NCBI GenBank assembly: GCA_020184695.1
Contig: JAANOX010000050.1
Span: 62,001 to 126,000, forward strand
From: Histomonas meleagridis 2922-C6/04-290x
Taxonomy: Eukaryota; Protista; Parabasalia
Length of the DNA stretch: 64,000 nucleotides
Direction: 5' to 3'
The notes under the pieces were generated by a model. It searched no databases, had not been told where the DNA came from, and worked only from the letters and a program-made list of their open reading frames with translations. This document shows, piece by piece, positions 1-10,705 of this stretch. Every line of letters begins with the position of its first letter. Within the stretch, counting starts at the first letter, position 1. The translations under genes were made by a program, and so were the position numbers.

Positions 1-2449
1 ACTTATCTTTTTCTTTCATTTTCTTGCTCATTTCTATTGACATATATAAAAACACAGCATATCCTTCAAAAATCTTTGCATCTGCGTAAGTGAATTTTTG
101 TGAATTCTTTTTCCACTTCATCACCACGCAGCCAACCAACTCTTCATTTGGTGCAAAGACCGGGGAAACCAACAAAGATTCTTCCGGTTCCTTTTCATTG
201 TTATCGATTTCACATTTTTTAGTTTTGAGAACTTTATGTAAAAGTTTTCTTTTTCTTTTTTCTTGTTTCAATTCTTCTGATTCTTCTTCCAAATTTCCGG
301 CCAATAATCTTTTTATGAAAGCCTTTTTTACTCCCAACACATCATCCACGTCATCTTTATTTTTATTTTTTGTTAAATTTTCACCTAATTTAGTATCAAT
401 ATCTTCATCAACTACATATGGTTCATTTTCAATTAGGTTATTATTAATAATGAATAAATATGCATACATAGCTCCTATAACCTTCCTAATGTTTTTTAGA
501 ACTTCTTTTGAAATTCTTTTAATTTTGAACGGGTGTGTCAAAATATTTGAAATTTCAATGAAAGATTTTAACCGCAAAGAAAGTTCAATGGAAGTGTTAT
601 ATAACCGCGCGTTTTCAATTGAAATCCCAGTGAAGACGTTAAACACTTTGATCATCTTTTCATCGTCAGCCGAAAAAGCCTTTTCATCCATTTTATTAAT
701 CATCTCAGTCACTCCAATAATTTTACCTCTTTCATCAAAGATAGGAACAGATAATATTGAAAGTGTTCGATATCCTGTTTCTAAATCAGTCGCTTTATTA
801 AACCTTGAATCTTGATAAGCGTCTTCAATATTAATAATTTCTCCTGTTGTAGCTGTATAGCCAACAATACCTGATTCTATCGGCATTTCTATCGAATTTT
901 CTAATCCTCCTTGAAATGAAGTAATTAATTTATCGCCAGCTTCATTAATCATAAACAATGAACATCTATCAGCTTTAACTAGTTCACAAGCCTTATTCAT
1001 AATATTTGGAATTAACACATCCATTTTTAATTGTCCAGATAAACTTTCTGCAACTTCAAGTAAAGCCGCGAGTCTTTTTTGTTGCAAATGTGAGTTCTTT
1101 AACAACGAGTGACTTTCCTCTATCAAATTCGAGCTTTTTAATGTTGTTATAATATATGGCGATATTTTGACCAATAATTTTTCATCGTAATTTGTGAAGA
1201 AGTTTGGTGTTTTTTTACCACGTAATATAATTAAATAAACAATCTGTGAATCATACGATTTAATTGGCATCGAAAGTAATGAGATTTCGCTGTTTCCATC
1301 GATTTCGTTGTTGTAAGCAGAGTGAAATCCCTGTTTAACCAGAGACAAATTTATCATTTTACGCAACGAAAACCCCGCAATTCCGCTCGCCTTAATGCTT
1401 AGTGAGATTGGTTCGTTTTTATCGGGTAAATACTTTGTGATTTTTCCGGTTTTATTATTCATCGACCAAATTTCCGCAAATTTGCAGTTGAATAATTCGC
1501 ACAATTTTGATGTGACCGTGGATATAAACGTCTTAATTCGTGAGGATTGAAGAAATGTGGATATGTAACTGTCGTTTACAATAGGCTGGAATAGCCAACG
1601 AGAATAAATTTTGCATTTGTTTTGAAAATACTCAACAAATTTTTCGTCGTTGGAATTAAATGAACACGATTTAGGACTACGGATAACAAGGACAACAGCA
1701 ACAACAGTGGAACTAATGTCAAATAATGGAAATCCTAAGATTTGTGAATTGGGATCAAGTCCATTATAATCACTGGTTGTCGTTGAATATGCGATGTGTT
1801 GACTTAGGTTCGGAATATTTTCGACATTTCGCGTGTATTGTATATATCCAACAATGCCTGTTCCATGTGGATAACTTTGCATGGTAGATGGACAATATAA
1901 GGTTTTGATGGAGGAGATATCATGGAAATATAATACCCTTTCGGATAAAAAATATAATTGAAGTGTGGTTTCAACTAATTTAGATATTGGTGATGTTGAT
2001 GAACCAGATACAATTTTATCAAACGCTGCTTCCATACGTATGTGATTTTCAAGAGAATTGTCTGTAAAAAGTGGATTAGTAACACCTGTTTCGAAATCAA
2101 ACTTAGATTGTTGAGTACGACGAGGTGACTGAGAAGAATGTATGGCTCTACGAGATGAAGAAATAAAAAGTTGAGGGTCGCGGTTAGCTGAGTAACTCGT
2201 ATTATTATTATTTTTGGAACGAATTCTTTCAATCTTTTCTTTTCGCTGAATAGAAATTTTTTTCGAAAGGTATGGCATGAATTGATCAATTGGCTGTGGT
2301 GGTGGATTTGTATCAATGTAAGGTACTTCTAATGGTTGTGAATCAGAAACTGAAACTTGAGCAACAGCACGTGGTGAAATAATATTTTTTATCATAGATT
2401 GGTGTTCTTTTTTTTGATGAAATTTTTGTGTTGTCTTGTTTGAAGCCAT
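1..2449 (-). CDS. Multi-GAF-domain protein, probably the N-terminal part of a cyclic-nucleotide phosphodiesterase; runs off the window start
   Basis: Manual translation from ATG at 2449 (MASNKTTQK...) appears open to base 1. It contains GAF motifs such as LAALLEVAESLSGQLKMDVLIPNIMNKACELVKADRCSLF, GIVGYTATTGEIINIEDAYQDSRFN and SVPIFDERGKIIGVTEMINK. It is absent from the ORF track, presumably because its stop lies outside the window. The PDE call is inference from the architecture. Confidence 0.8.
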   Translation of the reverse strand, partial: MASNKTTQKFHQKKEHQSMIKNIISPRAVAQVSVSDSQPLEVPYIDTNPPPQPIDQFMPYLSKKISIQRKEKIERIRSKNNNNTSYSANRDPQLFISSSRRAIHSSQSPRRTQQSKFDFETGVTNPLFTDNSLENHIRMEAAFDKIVSGSSTSPISKLVETTLQLYFLSERVLYFHDISSIKTLYCPSTMQSYPHGTGIVGYIQYTRNVENIPNLSQHIAYSTTTSDYNGLDPNSQILGFPLFDISSTVVAVVLVIRSPKSCSFNSNDEKFVEYFQNKCKIYSRWLFQPIVNDSYISTFLQSSRIKTFISTVTSKLCELFNCKFAEIWSMNNKTGKITKYLPDKNEPISLSIKASGIAGFSLRKMINLSLVKQGFHSAYNNEIDGNSEISLLSMPIKSYDSQIVYLIILRGKKTPNFFTNYDEKLLVKISPYIITTLKSSNLIEESHSLLKNSHLQQKRLAALLEVAESLSGQLKMDVLIPNIMNKACELVKADRCSLFMINEAGDKLITSFQGGLENSIEMPIESGIVGYTATTGEIINIEDAYQDSRFNKATDLETGYRTLSILSVPIFDERGKIIGVTEMINKMDEKAFSADDEKMIKVFNVFTGISIENARLYNTSIELSLRLKSFIEISNILTHPFKIKRISKEVLKNIRKVIGAMYAYLFIINNNLIENEPYVVDEDIDTKLGENLTKNKNKDDVDDVLGVKKAFIKRLLAGNLEEESEELKQEKRKRKLLHKVLKTKKCEIDNNEKEPEESLLVSPVFAPNEELVGCVVMKWKKNSQKFTYADAKIFEGYAVFLYMSIEMSKKMKEKDK

Positions 2450-2789
2450 TGGAAGAATTCGTTGCTTCGTATTTCCATTGAAAATTATTTTGGACTTAAT
2501 AATTTGAATCAATTTAAAAATGTCATAATCGTGTTTGTATAGTTTACAAATACATTCAAGTTAATAAAAATGTCTTCTGATTAAAATTTTTGTTTATTTC
2601 ATGTTATTTAAAAATATTTGAACTTTTCTTCAATGTCCTTCAGATAGTTTCTTCATAATTGCTAATATAAATAACGCAAGTTACAAATCAAATTTCTTAA
2701 TAATAACATTTCTTATTAAATCATTATTTATATTTTACCAAACTCAAAAAAGCCATAAAATCCCCCAGAATCATTTTTACAAGATAACG

Positions 2790-4034
2790 TTATTTTGCAT
2801 GTTTTTTAATGTATTTTATAATTGGTTCCATTAAAGGTATTTGCGCGAACATTTTTTGGTACACAGTGTCCTTTGTGTTCTTTGCAGCTTTAATGAATTC
2901 ATTTACTACTTTACTTTTCACAATGAATTCTTCAAGTGTTTTATCTTTATATTTCGCATTTTGCTTTTCTAAAATTGCGGTAAATAAATTTTCGACGTAA
3001 TTCGCATCATTTAAATCGGCGTCGAGTTTATCAGCAGATATTATCAGCAATCCCAATATGAATTTCCACAAATGTGTCTGAACTGGATAACTTGGATAAA
3101 AACCTGAACTTTTATAGATTTCCAATTCTTCCGTCAAAAGTTGTTCCATTCTTCGCTCAAGAACTGAAAATTTTTGATTGATATGAACTGATGAATCATA
3201 TGCTGTAACATTGAAAAAATCAATGTTTACAACTTGGACAGGTTTGTGTGTGACATTTTGATGGTCGAGAAGTGTTTTAAAGAGAACACCGACAATATAT
3301 ATTGGAGAATTGATATTGGCATATGTTGTGGAGTTAACAAAGGGGATAAAGAGATGAGGCCACTCTAATGGGTATATGAGGGATAGTAAACCAAAAGATG
3401 ATATGGATAATTGAGAATTTGAAAATGATGTAATGACAGTCGGAACACCACAAATAAGATGGGCAACTAACTGAAGGATCTGTACCGGTTTAATTAAAGA
3501 AAACATATACATTTGAAGAGTGCCAAGTGGATTTTCGGAATCAAAATTTTTGAATTGAGGAGCTGGAGTAGCTGTGGTTACTGGATGTTGTTTGAGGTAA
3601 TTGCCAATAATTGTTTCAATCGAAAAGTTACCTGAAATGGAAGAATTCATTATTTGCATTAGGATTTCTTTGAAACATTTCAGATAAAAATAATTCGATT
3701 CTATCATTAAAATAATGATGGTATTTCCCTTCGTCTCACATTTGAATCTACCACATGAAAATTTAATTTTATTTGGAGATTGAAAAATTAATGAATAACC
3801 AAAATCGACTGTTTTAAGTTTTGAAATAACAGAAACTTCAAATGAAGGTTCTTGAAGATTAGTAATACTATCTATTGGAGGGAATCCTTGTGTTTTTGGC
3901 GAAAAAATTTGTGCATATGTTGGGTATAACATTAATTTAACAGGTGCATTTCCAGGGCCAGTAGATTCCCATATGCTGAAGTTTGTCATTAACTTTGCTC
4001 CTGGAGTATAAAGCCCAAAAAATTTCTCGCCCAT
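2790..4034 (-). CDS. DENN-domain-like protein (putative Rab GEF)
   Basis: 423-aa ORF with LSLIYPLEWPHLFIPFV and PIYIVGV, resembling cDENN core motifs. First true ATG (MGEKFF) is at 4034. Confidence 0.65.
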   Translation of the reverse strand: MGEKFFGLYTPGAKLMTNFSIWESTGPGNAPVKLMLYPTYAQIFSPKTQGFPPIDSITNLQEPSFEVSVISKLKTVDFGYSLIFQSPNKIKFSCGRFKCETKGNTIIILMIESNYFYLKCFKEILMQIMNSSISGNFSIETIIGNYLKQHPVTTATPAPQFKNFDSENPLGTLQMYMFSLIKPVQILQLVAHLICGVPTVITSFSNSQLSISSFGLLSLIYPLEWPHLFIPFVNSTTYANINSPIYIVGVLFKTLLDHQNVTHKPVQVVNIDFFNVTAYDSSVHINQKFSVLERRMEQLLTEELEIYKSSGFYPSYPVQTHLWKFILGLLIISADKLDADLNDANYVENLFTAILEKQNAKYKDKTLEEFIVKSKVVNEFIKAAKNTKDTVYQKMFAQIPLMEPIIKYIKKHAK

Positions 4035-4357
4035 AATTCGAAAAAAAATTTCAAAACACAATCAATTCAATGAACACCGATCAAAGTTCATTCATTTCCG
4101 CTTCACATTTTTGCATAGAAATATTTCATGAATATTGGAATAATCGAATATATATCATATATTTTAAACATTCCGAAAAAACTTGATTCTATATAAATAA
4201 AGAATATCTAAAAAATATTTTTTTATTTCACTTGAAATTTTGGTAAATGTCGTATCTGTTAACAATGTATCCGTCGAATTCAATATTTTCTATGAGTTCA
4301 ATAATTCAGAACAATTTTCAACTGCAGCGACCGTTAAAATAATCACAGCAAACAATC

Positions 4358-6745
4358 ATGGAAAATACTTATTCCCCAACATTTCTTTCAACAGCAATGG
4401 AATTTGAACAACTATTACAAGAACTTGAACAACTTGCAAGTCAAGCAGCTGTTCATCGAAAGAAATTTGAGTTTGCTGTAAGTCAATTCCGAAAGTTTTT
4501 CATCGAATTTTCCAAAAAATCCGGTAATACTCCAATGACTCCAAAACAAATTCGAAGTCTTAAAGTATTTTGGGGTTATCTTCGAGAACTTCAACAATTA
4601 ATTTGTCAACATCAACTTCATAATTGGGCTCACACAACACTTGAAAACAAATCAAACACAGTTGCAACTGCCCTTACCGAATTAGCAACTAATTTAAGGA
4701 CTTCATCAGAAGCGATTGATCCTGATGCATCTGTTTTTTTTGACAACGAGCCAAATCAATGGCTTCAGTACCATCTCCTTGATCTCAAGGGAATATCAGC
4801 ATCTTTTCATCAATATATTAAGAATGCTAGTCCTGGTAATCCTGTTATCCAATTAATGACAGAACGTCTCGAATCAGTCGATAATTTTATCAAAAATTAT
4901 TCAAGTGAAACAATTGCTCCTGGCGTGAGAGTATTTTCTCCGATTCCAGTTCATTATCAATCATGGAGAATAAATTTCTCAGATCTAACACTTCTAGACG
5001 AAATCGGTCGTGGTGCCTCTGCTAATGTCTTTTATGGCATTGACAAGCGCAACCAACGACGCGTTGCTATTAAAAAACTCAAATACAAAAAATTGACAGG
5101 ATCAAAACTTCACGCATTTCAACGCGAAGTTGAAGTCCTTGCGAGCGCAAACCATCCCTGTTTACTTGGGTTTTGTGGAGCCACTGATTCAGCGCCATTT
5201 TGTATTGTTACGGAATGGATGCCCAATGGAAATCTTTTCCAAGAAATCCACAAATACAAAAGATTTACGCCCACAATGCGTACCATCACTGCGTTTGATA
5301 TTGCGCGTGGGATGAAATATCTTCATTCATTACATATTATACATCGTGACTTAAAGTCATTAAACATATTGTTCGACGAGAATTTCCATGCGAAAATTTG
5401 TGACTTTGGATTTTCTCGAGTTTCGACTGAAAATGTTGTAATGACGCAAAATATTGGAACTCCACATTGGATGGCTCCTGAAATGTTATCAGGGTCACGA
5501 AACTACACATCCAAAGTTGATGTATATGCATATGGTATCCTTCTATGGGAGATGGCTGCAAATGCTCTTCCATATAACGGATTAGATCAATCACAAATCA
5601 TCACATTTGTGTTGATAAACAACCAAAGGCCCACAATACCCGAAGGAATCAACCCGCAGCTCCAGAAGCTGATCACTGACTGCTGGGATAGGGACCCCTC
5701 AAAAAGGCCGACATTTGACGAAATCGAAAAGCGGTTTATCCAAGAAAAAATCGTTTTCAATGGAACGGACGTTAACGAGTTCACAAAATACATTGAAAGT
5801 ACTATCGGCCTCAACCCGAACAGCTCGAGCATACTTGAGACTAAACTTAACAGCCAAAACTTAACAATAGAAGAGCTATACGAGGCTATACAAAATGATG
5901 GTATACCTAACGATTTGGTGAACAAATGTTGGGATATCATTATCAACAATTCTCAAAATACTCCCCCAGAAATAGTTGCAAAGGCTACATTGCCATTCTT
6001 ACATACGCCAATGATGTCTAACGCAGCTTCGTTGTTAAGGAAATTACCTTGTAATTCAATTGACAAATCAATAATTTCTAAAGAGATAGAAGCACTTCCA
6101 ACAGGTAGAGAAGATTTTGACCTTGATTTGGTTGTAACAGCATGTAAAAATGGAGCTGCTGGTCTTGCTGCAATTTATAGCATAATTCCAGATCACCTTA
6201 AAATTGCGCTAGAAATCGTTGCTAACCATGGAGCTGATGTTGCCCTTCGTGCAGCTATTGGCGACAGATGTGTATTATGTCTTAAGTCCGATGATTCATC
6301 TCTCGTATGCACCGCTCTAAGGTGTCTTATGCGACTTGGGCAAACAAAACGCATTACCTCCAGCATAATGCAGCGTTTACTTGAGAAAAATGTTCAATCC
6401 ATTTCTAATTGTGTTTTAGTGATTGCAACATCAGCGATTGTATCAAATACATTTTCTGAAATCCAGTTAGAAATGATCGAAAATGTGCTGAAAAGTGTTG
6501 ACAACAATGAAATTGCAAGCGATTTCATAGTTGTTGCTTGTCGAATGCAAAATGTTGCTGAATTTGTGTTGAGAAAAATTGAGAGTTTTGAAGTTAAAGT
6601 TCCGGAAATATGTGCGCTGAAGGTGGTGATGACTACTGCAAGGCACAAAGAACTTCAGGAATTGGTAATGAGCGCAATCGAAAAAATTAATTTTGAGAAA
6701 TATCGAAACGAAATCGAAAGCGTCAAATCTCTGATTGAAAATTGA
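4358..6745 (+). CDS. TKL-family protein kinase with C-terminal helical region
   Basis: IGRGASANV, VAIKK, HRDLKSLN, DFG, GTPHWMAPE and DVYAYG motifs are intact in a 795-aa ORF. Confidence 0.95.
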   Translation: MENTYSPTFLSTAMEFEQLLQELEQLASQAAVHRKKFEFAVSQFRKFFIEFSKKSGNTPMTPKQIRSLKVFWGYLRELQQLICQHQLHNWAHTTLENKSNTVATALTELATNLRTSSEAIDPDASVFFDNEPNQWLQYHLLDLKGISASFHQYIKNASPGNPVIQLMTERLESVDNFIKNYSSETIAPGVRVFSPIPVHYQSWRINFSDLTLLDEIGRGASANVFYGIDKRNQRRVAIKKLKYKKLTGSKLHAFQREVEVLASANHPCLLGFCGATDSAPFCIVTEWMPNGNLFQEIHKYKRFTPTMRTITAFDIARGMKYLHSLHIIHRDLKSLNILFDENFHAKICDFGFSRVSTENVVMTQNIGTPHWMAPEMLSGSRNYTSKVDVYAYGILLWEMAANALPYNGLDQSQIITFVLINNQRPTIPEGINPQLQKLITDCWDRDPSKRPTFDEIEKRFIQEKIVFNGTDVNEFTKYIESTIGLNPNSSSILETKLNSQNLTIEELYEAIQNDGIPNDLVNKCWDIIINNSQNTPPEIVAKATLPFLHTPMMSNAASLLRKLPCNSIDKSIISKEIEALPTGREDFDLDLVVTACKNGAAGLAAIYSIIPDHLKIALEIVANHGADVALRAAIGDRCVLCLKSDDSSLVCTALRCLMRLGQTKRITSSIMQRLLEKNVQSISNCVLVIATSAIVSNTFSEIQLEMIENVLKSVDNNEIASDFIVVACRMQNVAEFVLRKIESFEVKVPEICALKVVMTTARHKELQELVMSAIEKINFEKYRNEIESVKSLIEN

Positions 6746-7269
6746 TGCGAAAAAACATGTATAAATAAAAACAAAATATGTATATAAATAGAATATCATT
6801 ATATTGTTATTGATTTGAGTGTAAAAATTATTTTCATTTTTTTATAGCGATAAATGAAAAATCAGATTTTCGAAAACAATTAAAATTAGAAAAAAATAAC
6901 ATATTTAAAAATTTCCAGTATATTTGATTCATTATTTTATTAATAAATGAATCTTATGCATTATATACTTGTATTGATTTTAAACATTTACTTTTCCACA
7001 AATTTACACTAATATGAATAATCATAATTATTGAAAAAATTTTTACATATTTATTTATCAGAAAAAATGAAAACAAAATATTGCAAATTAATGCATTAAT
7101 TTCATCGAACACTTAATTTTATTATAATTTAATTTCATATCACATGAATTACATAGTTAAATATATAGAAATTGTTTTACTATTCATAACTTCATCTTAC
7201 AACAATATCTCTACAATTTATTATTTGTATCTGCCAGATGATTAAAAAACAAAAAACTGCATAAAATAT

Positions 7270-8355
7270 TTATTTGTCATCGAAAAAAACAAGTTCATTT
7301 TTTTTACGTTTGATTACTTCACAATGTGTTAAACTAATTATATCGAACAATATATCACTTTCATTAATTTCTGGAAGTGTTATATTAATATTTGCCTTTG
7401 AAACAGTTGGCTGATATATTGGAATAGCCATTAACCTATAAAGATAACCAATGCCGGACCAAAACGCCATCATTGTCTTAGCGACGTGAGGATTTATGTA
7501 ATTTGATTTTTCGCGTTGGATCAAGAAGATATAATCATGATAAGTCTCCATCGAATATCCACTATCATCTTCCCATTCAATTGTGTAACCATTTTGATCT
7601 GTTTCAGGTAAATGCTGTCGATATAATGAACTAAAGTTTTTAACATATTCAGTGACTTCTGGTGTATATGATGCATTTAATCGAACTTGGACCCATGCAA
7701 AGTCTCCAATTTCTTTCGGTATATAAAATGATGTCGTTGCGTTTGTCACATTAACAATAAATGGTTTCGGATGACAAACATAATATGTTGTACGCTTTCT
7801 TCCATTGTTGGAAAATCCAGTCCATGTAATTTGAAGATATGGTAATTCATTAATCATACGAGTGATATTGTCTTCATATGATGTATAATATTCTGTTCGT
7901 TGATATGAATAATTTATAATGGCGTTGACACTTATGTAAACAGCATTTGCAATATAAAAAGATAAGGCTGCAACACTGAAAAAAATTGGGATAAAAATCA
8001 ATGGTGCATCAGTTAGAAACAGTGGAGCTGCCAAAAGGCACAACACAAATATACAGTACTCTGTCCAATATAATGCAACGGGCGTTGTTTCCATTTCGAA
8101 GAATTCAAGTTCTGGATTTTCTTCCTTTGCTTTGAGATATTCATTTCGAGGTATAAAATATGAACAAAAGAAAAGTATGGTGAAAAAAATTAAGAAAAAA
8201 ACAATGAGAGCATAGAAAATAAGAACAGATTTTTTTTCTTTCGAAAATTCAAATAATTTTTTTGATGCCCCTTCTTCTGATGAACCATTTTTTGGAAGAT
8301 CTTCATCTAGGTCAAAATCATAGTTTATTTGTTCGTTGCTGCTTTCTTCTTTCAT
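7270..8355 (-). CDS. Membrane protein of unknown function (about 3 N-terminal TM segments)
   Basis: 361-aa ORF with hydrophobic stretches (VLIFYALIVFFLIFFTILFFCSYF; YCIFVLCLLAAPLFL; LIFIPIFFSVAALSFYIA). Confidence 0.7.
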   Translation of the reverse strand: MKEESSNEQINYDFDLDEDLPKNGSSEEGASKKLFEFSKEKKSVLIFYALIVFFLIFFTILFFCSYFIPRNEYLKAKEENPELEFFEMETTPVALYWTEYCIFVLCLLAAPLFLTDAPLIFIPIFFSVAALSFYIANAVYISVNAIINYSYQRTEYYTSYEDNITRMINELPYLQITWTGFSNNGRKRTTYYVCHPKPFIVNVTNATTSFYIPKEIGDFAWVQVRLNASYTPEVTEYVKNFSSLYRQHLPETDQNGYTIEWEDDSGYSMETYHDYIFLIQREKSNYINPHVAKTMMAFWSGIGYLYRLMAIPIYQPTVSKANINITLPEINESDILFDIISLTHCEVIKRKKNELVFFDDK

Positions 8356-8517
8356 TTAAAAAATTTCAAGGGACGTTTGCCTTGATTTTTGAATTCATTG
8401 AAAATTTCTTTCAAATAACCACTCAATAATTCAGAGCTGACTTTCGGTTTTTATAGTGAAAAAGTTTATCCGATACGTGCCAAAAAAAAATTAAAATTAA
8501 AAAACTTAAAATAAAAT

Positions 8518-10434
8518 TTATTGTATTTTCTTTGCTGCACGAAAACAAATAATATGTTGTTGTGTTGGTGTTAACTTCTTTAAATATCGATCAAATTCTT
8601 TAGGTATTTTTCTTCGAAATACCACAAAGATTTGTTGCACTAATCTTCTAATATTCGTATCTTCATTTGATAAGAATTTAGAAAACTTATTATATATTAT
8701 TTTAGCGAGTAAAGCTAAATGTTGCGGCGGGGCACCCCACAAATATTTGTAAACGGCTTCCATCAAAACCATCGTCTTTTCGGTTGATTTTTCAATCAAA
8801 TTGATAGAAACCCCCATAACGTTCGGGTTGTTCATGCACTGACTGATGCAATCAATGATTAAATTGTCATCATCAACGCATTTTAGGATGGGTTCAACAC
8901 ATGAAGCAAACGAGATTTCTTTGCAGTTCTTATTTAGCTCCATTATGAATTTTATGATGTTAATTTTGTTTTCAGATTGTGTAATGATTTCAGGAAATGT
9001 TTCATCGATTGAACTCTGTATTAATCTAATGTTGTCTGTGGAATTGTCAATGTATTGAAGCAAGAGATCGAAATCTTCTTGCCATTGAAGACCATTTAAT
9101 AATATATCTTCAAGTGTTAGAATTAGTTCATCTAATTCTAGTGGGCTATTTATTTGTTCGAGTTCATCTTCAAGGATGTAGCAGTCTTTGTTATGTTTGT
9201 TAGTTCGAATTAATGTTTCTAAAAGTGATTGAATTTCATGTGTAATTAAAATTGGATGCCTTCCCTGTGAAAAAAGAGACACAAAGAAGTTAAATGCGAT
9301 TTCAACTTTTGGCTTTTTCATCTTTGCAAATGATTCTGCAATTTCTTGGATGTCATAATTCTCCGCAAGTAAATCAAACACTTGAGGATCGTATTCAAAC
9401 TGTACTAAAATGTCAATTAGAAATGGCCTAAATTCGTTTGGATATTGTTTCATGAGTACATTTAAATCATTTTCCCATTCTTCGAAATTTGGATTTTTTT
9501 GAATAGCGATCAAAATCGATTGAATCAAAACGGTTTCGCGACCGTTTAATTTGTTGAATTGGGATTCGTTAACTATTGAATCAAGAAGATCTTTAAATAT
9601 TTGCGCTTCTTGTTGTGAGCTTGGCGGCATATAGTTTTGAATAATCTGTTCTTTCCTGGGAGATTTCTTTGGAGATTTTTTTGGAAGTTTACTCTTTGTT
9701 GGAAATGAAATATATGGTAAACTAATCACATAAGGTGGTTTTGCTTTCTTTGGAATTTCACGATGTTCTACTGATAAAGCTGATGTAGCAATTTCATTAA
9801 TTGATCTATATGGATCTTTTCGGAGATTTGTACAAATGTTATTAAGTCTGTGATTAAGTTGTTGGATGAGTTTATTGGGCCATATTTCACGAATTATATA
9901 ACAGCATTCAATAGCTATCTGTCTATGTATTGGATTCGGTGAATTGGAATTTGATAGAAATAAATTTGCAGCTATTAATGAATGACAATTTTTAGAAATT
10001 TCATTTAGAACCATATGACAAATATGTGTACAAATGGAATTATCAGATGAAGTTCTTTTAAGGAGTATTGGAAATAGAATTTGTAAAGAAGGAACAAATG
10101 AATCTTCAAGAACTTGAGATTCAGCCGATATTAAAAGAGCTGCTGATTTAACTAAATTTAAACGTAGGTCATTTATTGCATCTCCTATATATTTTGCAAA
10201 AGAAATTAAATTTCCTCCTTTGTAATAATAAATTCCACCTTTTAAGAGTTCAATACAAGAATATAATGCATCAACCCTTTTTTCCCATTGCGAAGAATTA
10301 AATCCATCTTCAATTATTTTCAGTTCTTCTTGTGCTTCTTTTTCTGAAAGGACTTCACGTGCTTCAAAACCATCAAAAGGATATTCTATTTCTGACAAAA
10401 GTAAATCCAAATTTATTGATTCTTTTTTTATCAT
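8518..10434 (-). CDS. CLASP-like TOG/HEAT microtubule-binding protein
   Basis: N-terminal QWEKRVDAL...DLRLNLVKSAALLI (CLASP_N-like) and C-terminal DTNIRRLVQQIF...LTPTQQHII (CLASP C-terminal-like). Confidence 0.7.
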   Translation of the reverse strand: MIKKESINLDLLLSEIEYPFDGFEAREVLSEKEAQEELKIIEDGFNSSQWEKRVDALYSCIELLKGGIYYYKGGNLISFAKYIGDAINDLRLNLVKSAALLISAESQVLEDSFVPSLQILFPILLKRTSSDNSICTHICHMVLNEISKNCHSLIAANLFLSNSNSPNPIHRQIAIECCYIIREIWPNKLIQQLNHRLNNICTNLRKDPYRSINEIATSALSVEHREIPKKAKPPYVISLPYISFPTKSKLPKKSPKKSPRKEQIIQNYMPPSSQQEAQIFKDLLDSIVNESQFNKLNGRETVLIQSILIAIQKNPNFEEWENDLNVLMKQYPNEFRPFLIDILVQFEYDPQVFDLLAENYDIQEIAESFAKMKKPKVEIAFNFFVSLFSQGRHPILITHEIQSLLETLIRTNKHNKDCYILEDELEQINSPLELDELILTLEDILLNGLQWQEDFDLLLQYIDNSTDNIRLIQSSIDETFPEIITQSENKINIIKFIMELNKNCKEISFASCVEPILKCVDDDNLIIDCISQCMNNPNVMGVSINLIEKSTEKTMVLMEAVYKYLWGAPPQHLALLAKIIYNKFSKFLSNEDTNIRRLVQQIFVVFRRKIPKEFDRYLKKLTPTQQHIICFRAAKKIQ

Positions 10435-10705
10435 TTTGGGTTGTCACTTTTAAAGACGTTATTTTCTTTATTAAACGTCGGGCTGTGGGGCGCCCCAAAA
10501 CAATAATTATTCCAACTCTGTCTTTAGACATTTCGACATTTAATATCATCTCAACATTCTGAATTGCAGCACAGTAATAACACATAAGCAGCTGAAGAAG
10601 AAAATCCTTTAATTTGTGCTGCTTCACCAGTGAAAATCATAACGATCATTTTGAATTTAAAAACTAATCAAAAAGTGAATGGCGGTTTAATTTCATGGTG
10701 CCATC

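Noticed and set aside
90-815. Plus-strand 241-aa ORF and other short overlapping ORFs (e.g. 10630-11115, 59750-60136, 59928-60413)
   Set aside because: These are antisense or alternate-frame shadows of well-supported genes, with no motifs.
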